Shown here: positions 11,085 through 21,271 of the stretch, piece after piece
Layout of the letters: every line of letters begins with the position of its first letter
Position numbering within the stretch: the first letter of the stretch is position 1
Source of the DNA: Spirochaetia bacterium
GTDB lineage: Bacteria > Spirochaetota > Spirochaetia > SZUA-6 > Bin103
NCBI GenBank assembly: GCA_965198005.1
Contig: CBDAOI010000004.1
Location: 1,856,001 to 1,920,000, forward strand
Direction of reading: 5' to 3'
DNA: 64,000 bases
Position numbers and translations under genes: made by a program
Notes under the pieces: generated by a model
Databases searched by the model: none
What the model was told of the DNA's origin: nothing
Seen by the model: only the letters and a program-made list of their open reading frames with translations

Positions 11085-11879
11085 TCAGCCGGCCCGCCCC
11101 TCCGGCCGCTCCAGGCCCTCCAGCCCCTCCAGGATACCGGCGCACACGGTGCGCGAGTTGGCCGCCGCGCGCCGCAGGTAGGCCCCGAAGTCGGCCGGCG
11201 CGCTGGCGTCGGCCCGGTCGGACACCGAGCGAATGATCACGAACGGCACGCGGTTGACGGTCGCCACCAGGGCGATCGCCGCCCCCTCCATCTCCACCAC
11301 GATACCGCCGAGCGCGCGCAGCCGGTCGCGCTGGGTCGGGGCCGGATCCTGGATGAACTGGTCGCCGGTCAGGATGCGGCCGGCCACCACCCGCTGCCCG
11401 GGGACCGGGGTGGCCAACGCCAGCGCGACCAGCTTCTCGTCGGCCCGCAGAAAGCGGTAATCGGTGTCGGGCACCTGGCCGAGGGCGAAGCCGAGCGCGG
11501 TGGCGTCGAGGTCGTGCTGTACGCAATCGCGGCTCACCACCACGTCGCCGAGGTCCAGTTCCGGCCGCACGCTACCGGCGATGCCGGTCACGATCAGGTA
11601 GTCGGGACGCGTCCGGTCGAGCAGGTGCTGGGCTCCCATGGCGGCCATCACCTTGCCCACGCCGGAGCGCATCAGCGTTACGTCCACGCGGCCCAGAGAG
11701 AACCGATAGGCGGGGAACCGGGCCTCCTCCGGCTGCGTTCCCCACTGCTCCATCGGCGCCGGGTCCAGGTCGTGGGCGCGGCGAAATGCGTCGATCTCCT
11801 GGCGCAGGGCGGCGAGGATCGCGACCCGGATGCGCGCCCCCGCGCCCGCGGTCGGCCCGGGACCGCCCGCGGCGCTCAT
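11085..11879 (-). CDS. mtnN: 5'-methylthioadenosine/S-adenosylhomocysteine nucleosidase
   Basis: SGVGKVMAA, TGIAG, VQHDLD, TGDQFI, VEMEGAAIA, IRSVSDRAD. Confidence 0.9.
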   Translation of the reverse strand: MSAAGGPGPTAGAGARIRVAILAALRQEIDAFRRAHDLDPAPMEQWGTQPEEARFPAYRFSLGRVDVTLMRSGVGKVMAAMGAQHLLDRTRPDYLIVTGIAGSVRPELDLGDVVVSRDCVQHDLDATALGFALGQVPDTDYRFLRADEKLVALALATPVPGQRVVAGRILTGDQFIQDPAPTQRDRLRALGGIVVEMEGAAIALVATVNRVPFVIIRSVSDRADASAPADFGAYLRRAAANSRTVCAGILEGLEGLERPEGRAG

Positions 11880-11974
11880 ACCGGCACACCGGCCGGATCG
11901 GGCTCGACTGCTTTCATGGTCCCCACACCATAACATGCGATAGCAGCCGCCGCCGATGTGATACGCTGCGCGGC

Positions 11975-12970
11975 GTGGCTGTCGGCACGTTCGATCTTCT
12001 CACTCCGCACGTCGCCATGAGCGCACTCGAATCGGTCATCGCCACCCGCGTGGACGGGGCGCTGACCGGCTTCCCGAGCTACGTCAACCGGGTCTACGGC
12101 TTCGGCGGCGAAGACGGGCGGCAGTATGTGGCCAAGTTCTATCGGCCGGGCCGCTGGTCGTACGAGGCGATCATGGAGGAGCACGACCTGGTCGGCGAAT
12201 GCGCTGCGCTGGAGCTGCCGGTGGTGGCGCCGCTGGCCGACGCGGACGGCGAGACGCTGCACCTGGTGCACGCCGTGACGGGCGCCGCGGAACAGGAGTA
12301 CCAGTTCGTGGTCTACCCCAAGCGCAGCGGGCGCAACTTCGATGCCGACCGCGACTCCGACTGGCTCCGCATCGGGGCGCTGGTCGGCCGGCTGCACCTG
12401 GCGGCCGCGGCCGGCACCGCCCGCCACCGCATGGTCTGCACGCCGGCCGCCTCGACCGCGCGCTTCCTGCAGGAGCTGGCTGCGGCGAAGGTGGTGACGC
12501 CGGCCGCGGCGCCGGAGTTCTTCGACCTGGCGGCGGCCGGCATCGAGCGCATCGAGCCGCTGTTCGACGGCGTGCCGCGGCAGCGCCTGCACGGCGACTG
12601 CCACCGCGGCAACATCCTGGACCGGGCGAAGGAAGGACTGCTGATCATCGACTTCGACGACATGATGGTCGGCCCGGCGGTGCAGGACCTGTGGCTGCTG
12701 CTGCCCGGCCGCGTGCACGACAGCCGGCGGGAGCTGGCGCTGCTGATCGAAGGCTACGAGCAATTCCGGCCGTTCGACTGGCGCACGGTGGCGCTGATCG
12801 AGCCGCTGCGCCTGATGCGGATGATCTACTACCTCGCGTGGTCTGCCCTGCAACGCCACGACCGCCGCTTCCTGGAGTCCTTCCCGCAGTGGGGCGCTCC
12901 GGCATTCTGGATCCGCGAAATCGAGGACCTGCGCACCCAGCTCCGCGTGATCGACGATGGCCTCGGCTGA
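11975..12970 (+). CDS. srkA: Serine/threonine protein kinase, SrkA/RdoA family
   Basis: SYVNRVY, VAKFYRPGRWS, LHGDCHRGN, DFDD, QDLWLLL, FPQWG. Confidence 0.88.
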   Translation: MAVGTFDLLTPHVAMSALESVIATRVDGALTGFPSYVNRVYGFGGEDGRQYVAKFYRPGRWSYEAIMEEHDLVGECAALELPVVAPLADADGETLHLVHAVTGAAEQEYQFVVYPKRSGRNFDADRDSDWLRIGALVGRLHLAAAAGTARHRMVCTPAASTARFLQELAAAKVVTPAAAPEFFDLAAAGIERIEPLFDGVPRQRLHGDCHRGNILDRAKEGLLIIDFDDMMVGPAVQDLWLLLPGRVHDSRRELALLIEGYEQFRPFDWRTVALIEPLRLMRMIYYLAWSALQRHDRRFLESFPQWGAPAFWIREIEDLRTQLRVIDDGLG

Positions 12971-13027
12971 TTCAATGAACCGGTTGCAGCTTGACTTGTC
13001 GGAGGTAGGGCAAGACACTCGATTCGC

Positions 13028-13747
13028 ATGTTGACCCGGCTACAGGTTTCCGGTTTCAAGAACCTGGTCGACGTGGATCTCCGCCTTGGTTCGTTTACCT
13101 GCGTAGTCGGGCCGAACGGGGCGGGTAAGTCGAACCTGTTCGACGCGATTCGGTTTCTGAGTGGACTGGCCAACGGCATCTCATGTTTCCCCACAGTGCA
13201 AAGGACTGGCGCAAGTCCGTCGTGCGGGGTCGGCGGAGCGCGCACCACTTCATCTCAACCGAGGGGAGGGTGAGAACCGCGTGATCAAGCTGCATCAGGA
13301 TGGCGGCAGCAGTGGACGTCCGTTGCTGCCGGACGAATTGGCCGGACGAATTCGTTTCTCCCACCCACCTGGGAGCCGACGGACGTCATCTTGCGGCCAC
13401 GCTGCACCGGCCGGCGCGCAAATCAGGGAAGCATGGGCATGGCGGCAACGGGCAAGCTCCGGGTGAGAGCCTCTATGGGGCAGCTTCCAACGCCGAGCGC
13501 GAACAAGTGTATGGCCACGTCACCAACCGCTGCGGGGCACCGTTTCAAGAAAGCACAATTCCTGTGTTTGTCGGATACCTGGCGAGCGCAAGAGAGCGAC
13601 TATGCCGTTCGTGGTGAACTTCTCGCATATCTGAATCCGGTGCTGCTCGAGGCACCGGGAGAATCGGCGGTCAAGAAACGGGTCGTCGATAGAGAAGACA
13701 TGCAACAGGCAGTTTCCTTATTAGTTCGGCATCTGTGCAAAGATTGA
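13028..13747 (+). pseudogene. AAA_21/ABC-type ATPase, shredded by several internal deletions
   Basis: MLTRLQVSGFKNL...GPNGAGKSNLFDAIRFLS Walker A, then out-of-frame pieces IKLHQDGGSSGRP, PTHLGADGRHLAATLHR, EQVYGHVTNR and C-terminal DTWR...RGELLAYLNP...RVVDR; no Walker B. Confidence 0.8.
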
Positions 13748-14022
13748 GATACACGTTGGTGGCAGATGGCGCGTCTGATCGCGCCTTGATCCCAATTCTC
13801 ACGTGGCTATTGAAGAAGTTCTGCGGTGCTCTTGCTATCCAGCCAGAGTATTCTGACCTGCGGCGTCTGAGGAACCCACCGAGGAGACTCTCTGAACGTA
13901 TCGCAAGGAGTATTGAACTGTATCCTTGCGATATGTTATTCGCCCAATCTCGGATCGACGAAATATCTGCGGCTCTCCGGCAGAGTCAGATAAGTACACC
14001 GTCTGTAGTGTGTGTAGTTCCC
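13735..14022 (+). pseudogene. ATPase-partner protein (DUF4276/TOPRIM-like), N-terminal half
   Basis: LRYTLVADGASDRALIPILTWLL...IELYPCDMLF...VVCVVP then TAG; overlaps the ATPase 3' end; continuation at 18451. Confidence 0.7.
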
Positions 14023-14146
14023 TAGCCACTGCTCCGTCTGGCTGCTACGAAATGCTCCACACGGTCGCGCGTTGCGGGCCCGAGAGTAGCCAGAGAGCGG
14101 CAATCCGCTACGGAATACTCTCGAAATAACATTCAAGGAAGAAACG

Positions 14147-15939
14147 ATGAAGATATTTTTTCAAGGACCTTCGCGATTGCGTTGGTCCTAGTTCTGACCG
14201 CGACCGGCCTCTGGGCCGCTGGCGCAGAAGAGGAACCCGCAGCCGCTGCCGATAAGAAGTATGTCACCGACCCCGTCACCGGCAAGGTGTACTCCGCGCC
14301 AGAGTATGGCGGGACAGTCACGGCTGCCATGCGAATCCCGAAGGACGCTGTTGACCCCGCTGTAGGTGGAGGGGCCAACACGATCAGCATGATCGTTAAT
14401 GAGAAGCTAGGCCAGTTGAACTGGGCACTAGATAGGGACGCTTATTCTTTTACCGGCGGCTACATGACGCCTGTATACGCCCTAATCGGGGCGCTGGCTG
14501 AAAGCTGGTCGCAGCCCGACTTACTGACGTATATCGCCAATATCCGCCAGGGCGTTCACTGGCACGATAAGGCACCGATGAATGGGCGGGAGTTAACTGC
14601 CGAGGATGTAGAATATAACTTTCACCGAATGTTGGGTATGGGCAAGTTTGCCGACGCCGGACCTTGGCCCACCTTAGGGGAATTCGGAGCTGTGGCTTGG
14701 GAATCGATAGAGGCCACCGACACATGGACGGTTGTTTTCAAGCTGAAGGAGCCAAGTCTCCGTGCCCAAATGCTTATCTTGGACGGCCACCTTCAGATTA
14801 TACTGCCCCCCGAGGTAATCGAGGAACACGACGACATTTCCGATTGGAGGAACCTGGTTGGCACCGGGCCTTATGAGCTGACTGACTGGGTCAAAAACAG
14901 TTCTCGTGAATACACCAGGAACCCTAACTACTGGGGCTTCGACCCAAAATACCCGGAGAACCGCTTGCCCTATCTTGACAAGATACAGGAACTTCTTATC
15001 CCGGAAGTGTCAACACGTCTGGCGGGAATGCGCTCGGGTAAGCTCGATTACATAGGACATGGGGGCGCCACTCAAATAGGGGTGGTGGACCAAGCATTGA
15101 GTCTCATGCGGACCAACCCCGAACTCCAGCTGTACCCGTGGTCGCAACGATCGGATTCCGCTGCTCATATGAACGTGTCCAAGCCTCCCTTTAACGACAT
15201 CCGGGTGCGCCGGGCAATGCAGATGGCCCTGGACCTCGAGACAATGGACGCATCCTACTTTAAGGGGTATTCAGATTGGATACCCATGGGACTAGTAGGC
15301 AGGGCTGCCAAAGGGTATATGACCCCATATGAAGAGTGGTCCGACGAGCTCAAGGGATACTATGCCTATGACCCGGAAGGGGCCGAAGCGTTACTTGATG
15401 AGGCCGGGTATCCCCGCGGCGCCGACGGCATTAGATTCAAGACCGCGTACATGCACCTCCCCGTGGCTCCTTTGGGCTTGAGAGAATTCATGGCTGCATA
15501 CTGGCTAGAGATTGGCATTGACGTCGATATTGAGGCACTTGAGTTGGCAGAATGGGTAGCTAGAAGGAATAATAAGGATTTTGAAGTGCAGCACGCCTCC
15601 ACGGGCTTCGACCTTGATCCAATGGGTTCAGCAATGAATCTCTTTTACTCGAAAGGCACGTCGTGGACCACAGTCGTCGACGCTCAATATGACGCCTGGT
15701 ATGAAGCCGCCTTGGCGGCTACGACTTTGGAGGAGCAGAGGGACCTGATCAAAAAGATGGACATGCGCTCCATAGAGCAGGCCTGGTTCATCTGGGGACC
15801 CACGGCTCAATCGTTTAACGTGGCCCAGCCGTGGGTGATGGGTTATAACGGCGAAGGCATCGTAGGAGGAAGCGCGAATCGTCATGTCTGGAAATTCCTC
15901 TGGATTGATGGTGAGATGAAGCAAGCAATGGGTCATTAG
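14147..15939 (+). CDS. Family-5 ABC substrate-binding protein with a frameshift in the signal-peptide region
   Basis: RBS AAGGAAG plus ATG at 14147 is out of frame with the 585-codon ORF; one extra base in the T6 run at 14156-14161 restores MKIFFSRTFAIALVLVLTATGLWAAGAEEE; SBP5 motifs LAESW, VGTGPY, PFNDIRVRRA. Confidence 0.85.
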
Positions 15940-15959
15940 TGGCTGAACCTAGGAAATAA

Positions 15960-15989
15960 GGAGCTGGGAAGCTCACGCTTCCCAGCTCC
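15960..15989 (+). terminator. Intercistronic stem-loop after the SBP gene
   Basis: GGAGCTGGGAAGC-TCAC-GCTTCCCAGCTCC, perfect 13-bp stem without a U-tract; related hairpin at 3262-3292 after the paralog. Confidence 0.6.
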
Positions 15990-16163
15990 CACACACGATG
16001 TCATTGCGAGACGTGCCTTCCCAGAAAACGCAACCATTCGAAATTTCGCTGGATTCCCGCTTTCGCCGGAGTGAGAGGAGCCAACCCGTATCTGATACGG
16101 GGTTGGGGTATACACCACAATGACAAAGGGATTGGCGGGGGAAATTGCAATGATGGGTGTGAC

Positions 16164-17167
16164 ATGAGAGCCTATATCATCAGGCGGCTATTGCTCAAAT
16201 CCCCACCCTGTGGATATTGACCATCATAGTCTTTCTCTTGGTCCGATTCATCCCCGGCGATATAATTGACGTAATAGAGGGCAGGATGGAATACTCTCAA
16301 CCCGGCACGATTGACCGTGAAGCTGTTGAGCGTATGCTGGGATTAGACGTGCCTACCTACGTGCAGTATGGACGCTGGATAGGAGTGTTGCCTAGCCCTG
16401 ACCGGATTACCGGTGAGTCCCAATTTAACGGTCTCCTCCAGGGCACCCTTGGCGAATCACTGTTTGTCGGCCATTTGACGATAACGGAGGAGATATTAGG
16501 TGGATTGCCGGTAACCATTGAGCTTGGCGTCATGGCAATCGTAATCGGGATAGTGATAGCGCTGCCAGTCGGCATCTACTCGGCGATTCGCCAGGATACT
16601 GCCGCCGACTACGTGGGGCGCTCCGTCGCCATCATCGGCATGGCAACGCCTAACTTCTGGCTCGGAATCATGGTCATGATGTTCCCGGCAATCTGGTGGG
16701 GCTGGTCGCCGCCGATGAAGCTGATTCTTTTCTCAGAAGACCCGTTAGGGAATCTTGGGATGTTCCTCATTCCCAGCGTGATTCTGGGGACGGCCATGGC
16801 GGCCGGCACGATGCGGATGACGCGCACGATGATGCTGGAGGTGCTCAGGCAGGACTATATCAGGACGGCCTGGTCTAAGGGTCTCAATGAGAGGGTAGTT
16901 GTCCTGAGACACGCCGTCAAGAATGCATTCATACCGGTAGTTACCGGGATAGGTATGCAGTTGCCTATCCTGATAGGTGGCTCCGTTATCATGGAGAATA
17001 TCTTCAACCTGCCGGGATTAGGTCGTCTCACGGTGGATGCACTCAGTAACAGGGACTACCCGATGGTCTCCGGAATAAACCTGGTTTTCGCCACAATGGT
17101 TGTAGGGGTGAATTTAATGATCGACCTGATTTACCCGTACTTAGACCCCAGGGTCCGATACAGCTAA
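16164..17167 (+). CDS. OppB/DppB-type permease with a 1-nt deletion at codon ~12
   Basis: ATG 16164 MRAYIIRRLLL then CTC AAATC CCC versus paralog CTG ATG ATC CCC; downstream frame has DYIRTAWSKGL, IFNLPGLG, DPRVRY. Confidence 0.85.
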
Positions 17168-17169
17168 AA

Positions 17170-18117
17170 GTGGAAACCGGGGATGTGAGTGACGCCACAG
17201 GGATACCATTACCAGTAGTCCAGCCAAAGAGACGTACGAGGCTGGCTGATTTCTTCATCAGGCTGGTCAGAGAGAAGCCGCTGGGTATAGTCAGCGGGAT
17301 TATCATATTGATATTCATTCTGGTGGCTATATTTGCCGATGTTCTGGCGCCTTATGGATATAGGGAAGTGCACCCGGCAGACGTACTTGAAGCCTCTTCG
17401 GCCCGGTATCTTCTGGGCACTGACCACTTGGGGCGAGATTTATTGAGCCGCCTTATCGTCGGGGCGCGTCTTTCGTTAGGTGTCGGTCTGGCAGCGACCG
17501 TTGTTAATGTTGTCGTCGCTGTCCTGATCGGTGGCACTTCAGGATTCCTTGGGGGTAAATTGGACTTGGCTGTGCAGAGATTTGTTGATGCCTGGATAGC
17601 CTTACCGGGGCTGCTCATATTGTTAACGGTAATGTCCATAGTGGGGCGTGGTATACCACAGATAATACTGGTCCTGGGGATATCAGGGGGCATCGGCGGC
17701 TCAAGAATAGTCAGAAGCGCCGTTATGGGTGTAAAAGAGAATGACTATTTTCAGGCGGCGGACGCGATTGGTTCCTCAAAATGGAGCGCATTCATGCGGC
17801 ATGTTTTGCGCAATATTGTGCCTGTCCTAATCATCATATTCAGCATCAACATCGGGGGGGTGATTATGAGTGAGGCTTCTCTGAGTTTCCTCGGATTCGG
17901 CCTGCCAGCCCAGATTCCTAGCTGGGGAGGTATGCTCAGCCGGGAAGGACGCACCTACATGGAGATGGCGCCATGGCTAGCTCTCTGGCCTGGTGTTTTC
18001 CTGACTATCGTCGTTTACTGTCTAAACATATTCGGCGACGCCATCAGGGACCTCCTCGACCCGCGGCTGCGGGGTGGCGGTGGTGGTCTCGGTGCCGGAG
18101 CCGCCGGGTCGGTTTAA
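17170..18117 (+). CDS. OppC/DppC-type permease
   Basis: LGTDHLGRDLLSRL, EASLSFLGFG, PSWGGML, GDAIRDLLDPRL. Confidence 0.92.
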   Translation: METGDVSDATGIPLPVVQPKRRTRLADFFIRLVREKPLGIVSGIIILIFILVAIFADVLAPYGYREVHPADVLEASSARYLLGTDHLGRDLLSRLIVGARLSLGVGLAATVVNVVVAVLIGGTSGFLGGKLDLAVQRFVDAWIALPGLLILLTVMSIVGRGIPQIILVLGISGGIGGSRIVRSAVMGVKENDYFQAADAIGSSKWSAFMRHVLRNIVPVLIIIFSINIGGVIMSEASLSFLGFGLPAQIPSWGGMLSREGRTYMEMAPWLALWPGVFLTIVVYCLNIFGDAIRDLLDPRLRGGGGGLGAGAAGSV

Positions 18118-18450
18118 GAGAGCCCGCCTGGGGGCCACGCGCCTGCGTGCGGGGCCGTGCACCCCACCCGAGGTTGGTACGAGACCCTGCGCGTCCTCGA
18201 CATCCCTGATGGCGGGAGCCCCCAGCGATATCACGCCGGCACGGTGACCTCCACCCGCGGCACCCTGGAGTCCGCGACGATTCAGCCCAGCGGCGCCGGG
18301 CCCTTAGGGAATCGCCACCGCTCCTGCCACCGTGCCAATGCCTCTCGTCGGTCGCTTCGCACGAAACCGTTGCCGAAGCGGCGTTCGCCGCTACTCGAAG
18401 TCCTCTCGGGAATTGACTGACGACCGCTCCTCGAACCAAAGACGCGCTAC

Positions 18451-18768
18451 GTCTGGTTGCTCATTGATGAAGCTGCGTTGAGGCAGGCCGCGGGGAATCC
18501 GAATGGCACGGAGCCACTGAACCTGCCTGGTATTCAGCAACTCGAACAGTTGCCGAATCCGAAACAACTGCTATACACTCTGTTGCGTCAGGCAAGCGGC
18601 CTTCAGGGCCGACGTCTGAAGAGTTTCAGCCCTCGAATGAACGGATACTCTGTGGCCGAGCGGATCAGCGACTTTGCTCCGCTGTACGGGCTGGATGCAT
18701 TCCGGCGGCTGGCGGGCGATTTGGATAGAGTCGTTGCAGAGAATGGATGGAAGGATGCGGCTCGTTGA
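18451..18768 (+). pseudogene. ATPase-partner protein, C-terminal half (continuation of 13735-14022)
   Basis: VWLLIDEAALRQAAGNPNG...LEQLPNPKQLLY..LLRQASGL..GRRL...DFAPL: the segment I recall following VCVVP(xxxxE) in this family; no start or RBS of its own. Confidence 0.7.
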
Positions 18769-18797
18769 CGGGGCATCCGTCGCGACCGGAACTACAC

Positions 18798-19571
18798 GTG
18801 CCGTTGCTGCTGGATAAGGTGCTCGGGCAGTTGGCGCAGCCGCTGGGAGTGGCGGCGGGGGTGGGACTGCTCGCATTGCTGATGCTGGCGGTCGGGCGGC
18901 GCGGTCGGGCGGCCCTGTTGCTGGTGTTCGGCGTAGCCTGGCTCTGGTGCTGGTCGATGCCGTTGACCGCCAACGCGGTGGTCGACTACCTGACCGCCGG
19001 GTACCCGCCGCGGCGCGTGGAGGCGTTGCCGACGTCGGACGCGATTGTCCTGCTGGGCGGGACCGTCGATCCGGCCGCGGGCCGGTGGGTCTACCCCGAC
19101 TTGAACGGCGGCGCGGACCGGATCTGGCACGCCGCGCGGCTGTACCACGCCGGCAAGGCGCCGCTGATCGTGGTCTCGGCGGGCAACGTGTGGGGCGGCC
19201 CGGAGCGGGAGTCGGAGGCGGTCGCCACGCGCATCCTGCTCGACGCGCTCGGCGTGCCGGAGTCTGCCGTGGTGGTCGAGGCGAGCAGCCGCACCACGCG
19301 CGAGAACGCCACCCACACCGCCGCCATCGCCGGCGCGCGCGGCCTCGAGCAGGTGCTGCTGGTCACCTCGGCCTGGCACATGCCGCGCGCCGCGGCCGCC
19401 TTCGACCGGGTCGGTCTCGATGTGGTCCCGGCGCCGGCCGACTACGCCCGGATGGCGGCGCTCCCCGACGTGCTCAGGTTTCTCCCCCACGCGGAGGCGC
19501 TCCACCTCAGTTCGCGCGTGCTCCGCGAATACCTCGGCCTCCTGGTCTATCGCCTCCGCGGCTGGGCCTGA
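18798..19571 (+). CDS. YdcF/DUF218 family membrane protein
   Basis: Two N-terminal TM helices, AIVLLGG, SRTTRENA, LVTSAWHMPRA, REYLG..VYRLRGW. Confidence 0.88.
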   Translation: MPLLLDKVLGQLAQPLGVAAGVGLLALLMLAVGRRGRAALLLVFGVAWLWCWSMPLTANAVVDYLTAGYPPRRVEALPTSDAIVLLGGTVDPAAGRWVYPDLNGGADRIWHAARLYHAGKAPLIVVSAGNVWGGPERESEAVATRILLDALGVPESAVVVEASSRTTRENATHTAAIAGARGLEQVLLVTSAWHMPRAAAAFDRVGLDVVPAPADYARMAALPDVLRFLPHAEALHLSSRVLREYLGLLVYRLRGWA

Positions 19572-19635
19572 ACGCGGGCTACGCGGCCTTGACCCGCTGC
19601 CCGTTCTCGCGCACGTTACTGAAAGGAGGGGTACT

Positions 19636-21261
19636 ATGCCGACGCTGGAGTTCAAAGGCAAGCAGCACATCTACGCTCATCACCTGACCGTTCCTTTTAG
19701 GCCGCTGCTACCCGATGAACAGCGCTCCTGCAACCCATCCGGTACCGACGACAACCTCATTATCCACGGCGACAACCTGCACGCACTGAAAGCCCTGTTG
19801 CCCCGCTACGCGGGACGCGTAAAGTGCATCTACATCGATCCACCCTACAATACCGGCAATGAGGGTTGGATCTACAACGACAACGCGAACAGCCCGCTCA
19901 TGAAGGAGTGGCTGACGGCAAACGGGCCGGTGGACCTCGAAGATCTTGAGCGTCACGACAAGTGGCTCTGCATGATGTGGCCCCGCCTTCATCTGTTGCG
20001 TGAATTGCTTGCGGAAGAAGGGATTGTTTTCGTTTCCATCGATGACAACGAACAACACCACTTGCGAATGATGATGGACGAGGTCTTTGGCGAAAGAAAC
20101 TTTTTTGCAGTACTTACACGTAGAGCGATGCACACAGTTCGCAACTCAAGCAAGGACTTTAATTTGAACGGCGACCATGTTCTGGTTTATGCTCGAGAAA
20201 AGACGTGGTTTTCGGGAGATAAGAACCGATATATTAGGCACGTTATTGAAAAATCTGGTCGCTATCCATTTGACGACGGTGACGGACGAGGAAGGTACAA
20301 GCTTGATCCGCTCCATGCACGAAACTACTATCACCCGTATTGCCACACGTTCACAAACGGCGTCAAGTGGTGTGCTCCCCGGGGGAGGTATCCTGCGTAT
20401 TCTCCAGACAGGTTAGGGCAAATGGAACTCGAAGGCAGAATTGATTTCCGTGGTGGCGAACCCAAAGTGAAACGGTACTTGAGCGAAGTACAGGAGGGAC
20501 AACCTCCCAACGTTGTTTTGTCCCCTGAAGTCGTAGGATTCAACGCAGATGGAACCCGGGAACTCCGTGAGATATTCGGAGAGGGCGGTGTTTTCTCCCA
20601 ACCTAAGCCAACCAACCTAATCAAGTTTTTCTTAGAAATAATACGTTGCAAGGATGCTCTTGTACTTGATTCGTTTGCCGGTTCAGGAACTACCGGCCAA
20701 GCGGTTCTCGCGCTTAACAGAGAGGATGGTGGCAACCGTAGATTCATTCTGGTGGAGTGTGAAGGCTACGCAGAGACCATCACGGCTGAGCGCCTAAGGC
20801 GCGTCATCGAAGGGGTTCCCGGCGCCCGCGACGAAGTTGTTCGTAATGGTTTGGGCGGGTCCTTCACTTATTCGACCCTGGGCGACCCCATCGAGCTGGA
20901 GGGGATGCTCTCCGGCGAGGCGCTGCCCCCTTACGGTGCGCTGGCCGCGTACCTGCTCTACACTGCGTCCGGCATCTCGGCAGGACCTGGCGGCGTCCAA
21001 CGCGAGAACGATGACGGCTTGTTTCACTCCTCCGAGAAACTCAACTACCACCTGCTCTACGGACCGGATCTGAATTACCTGCGCAGCGATGCCGTGGTAC
21101 TCAATGAGGAGCGCGCCAAACGGATCAGCGCCGCGGCGCGCGAGCAGAACCGGAAAGCAATCGTCTTTGCTGCCGCCAAGTACATGGGTCAGCGGGAACT
21201 TACCGAATGGGGCATCACCTTCTGTCAGCTTCCCTACGAGTTGTCGTGCCGCGCGGGATGA
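19636..21261 (+). CDS. mod: Type III restriction-modification system, N6-adenine methyltransferase (Mod)
   Basis: MPTLEFKGK, IHGDNL, IYIDPPYNTG, FSQPKP, LDSFAGSGTT; AAGGAGG RBS. Confidence 0.92.
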   Translation: MPTLEFKGKQHIYAHHLTVPFRPLLPDEQRSCNPSGTDDNLIIHGDNLHALKALLPRYAGRVKCIYIDPPYNTGNEGWIYNDNANSPLMKEWLTANGPVDLEDLERHDKWLCMMWPRLHLLRELLAEEGIVFVSIDDNEQHHLRMMMDEVFGERNFFAVLTRRAMHTVRNSSKDFNLNGDHVLVYAREKTWFSGDKNRYIRHVIEKSGRYPFDDGDGRGRYKLDPLHARNYYHPYCHTFTNGVKWCAPRGRYPAYSPDRLGQMELEGRIDFRGGEPKVKRYLSEVQEGQPPNVVLSPEVVGFNADGTRELREIFGEGGVFSQPKPTNLIKFFLEIIRCKDALVLDSFAGSGTTGQAVLALNREDGGNRRFILVECEGYAETITAERLRRVIEGVPGARDEVVRNGLGGSFTYSTLGDPIELEGMLSGEALPPYGALAAYLLYTASGISAGPGGVQRENDDGLFHSSEKLNYHLLYGPDLNYLRSDAVVLNEERAKRISAAAREQNRKAIVFAAAKYMGQRELTEWGITFCQLPYELSCRAG

Positions 21262-21271
21262 CGGATTTGCG

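Noticed and set aside
19636-21261. Phase-variable mod gene
   Set aside because: No long simple-sequence repeat; the longest run noticed is T6 and the frame is open
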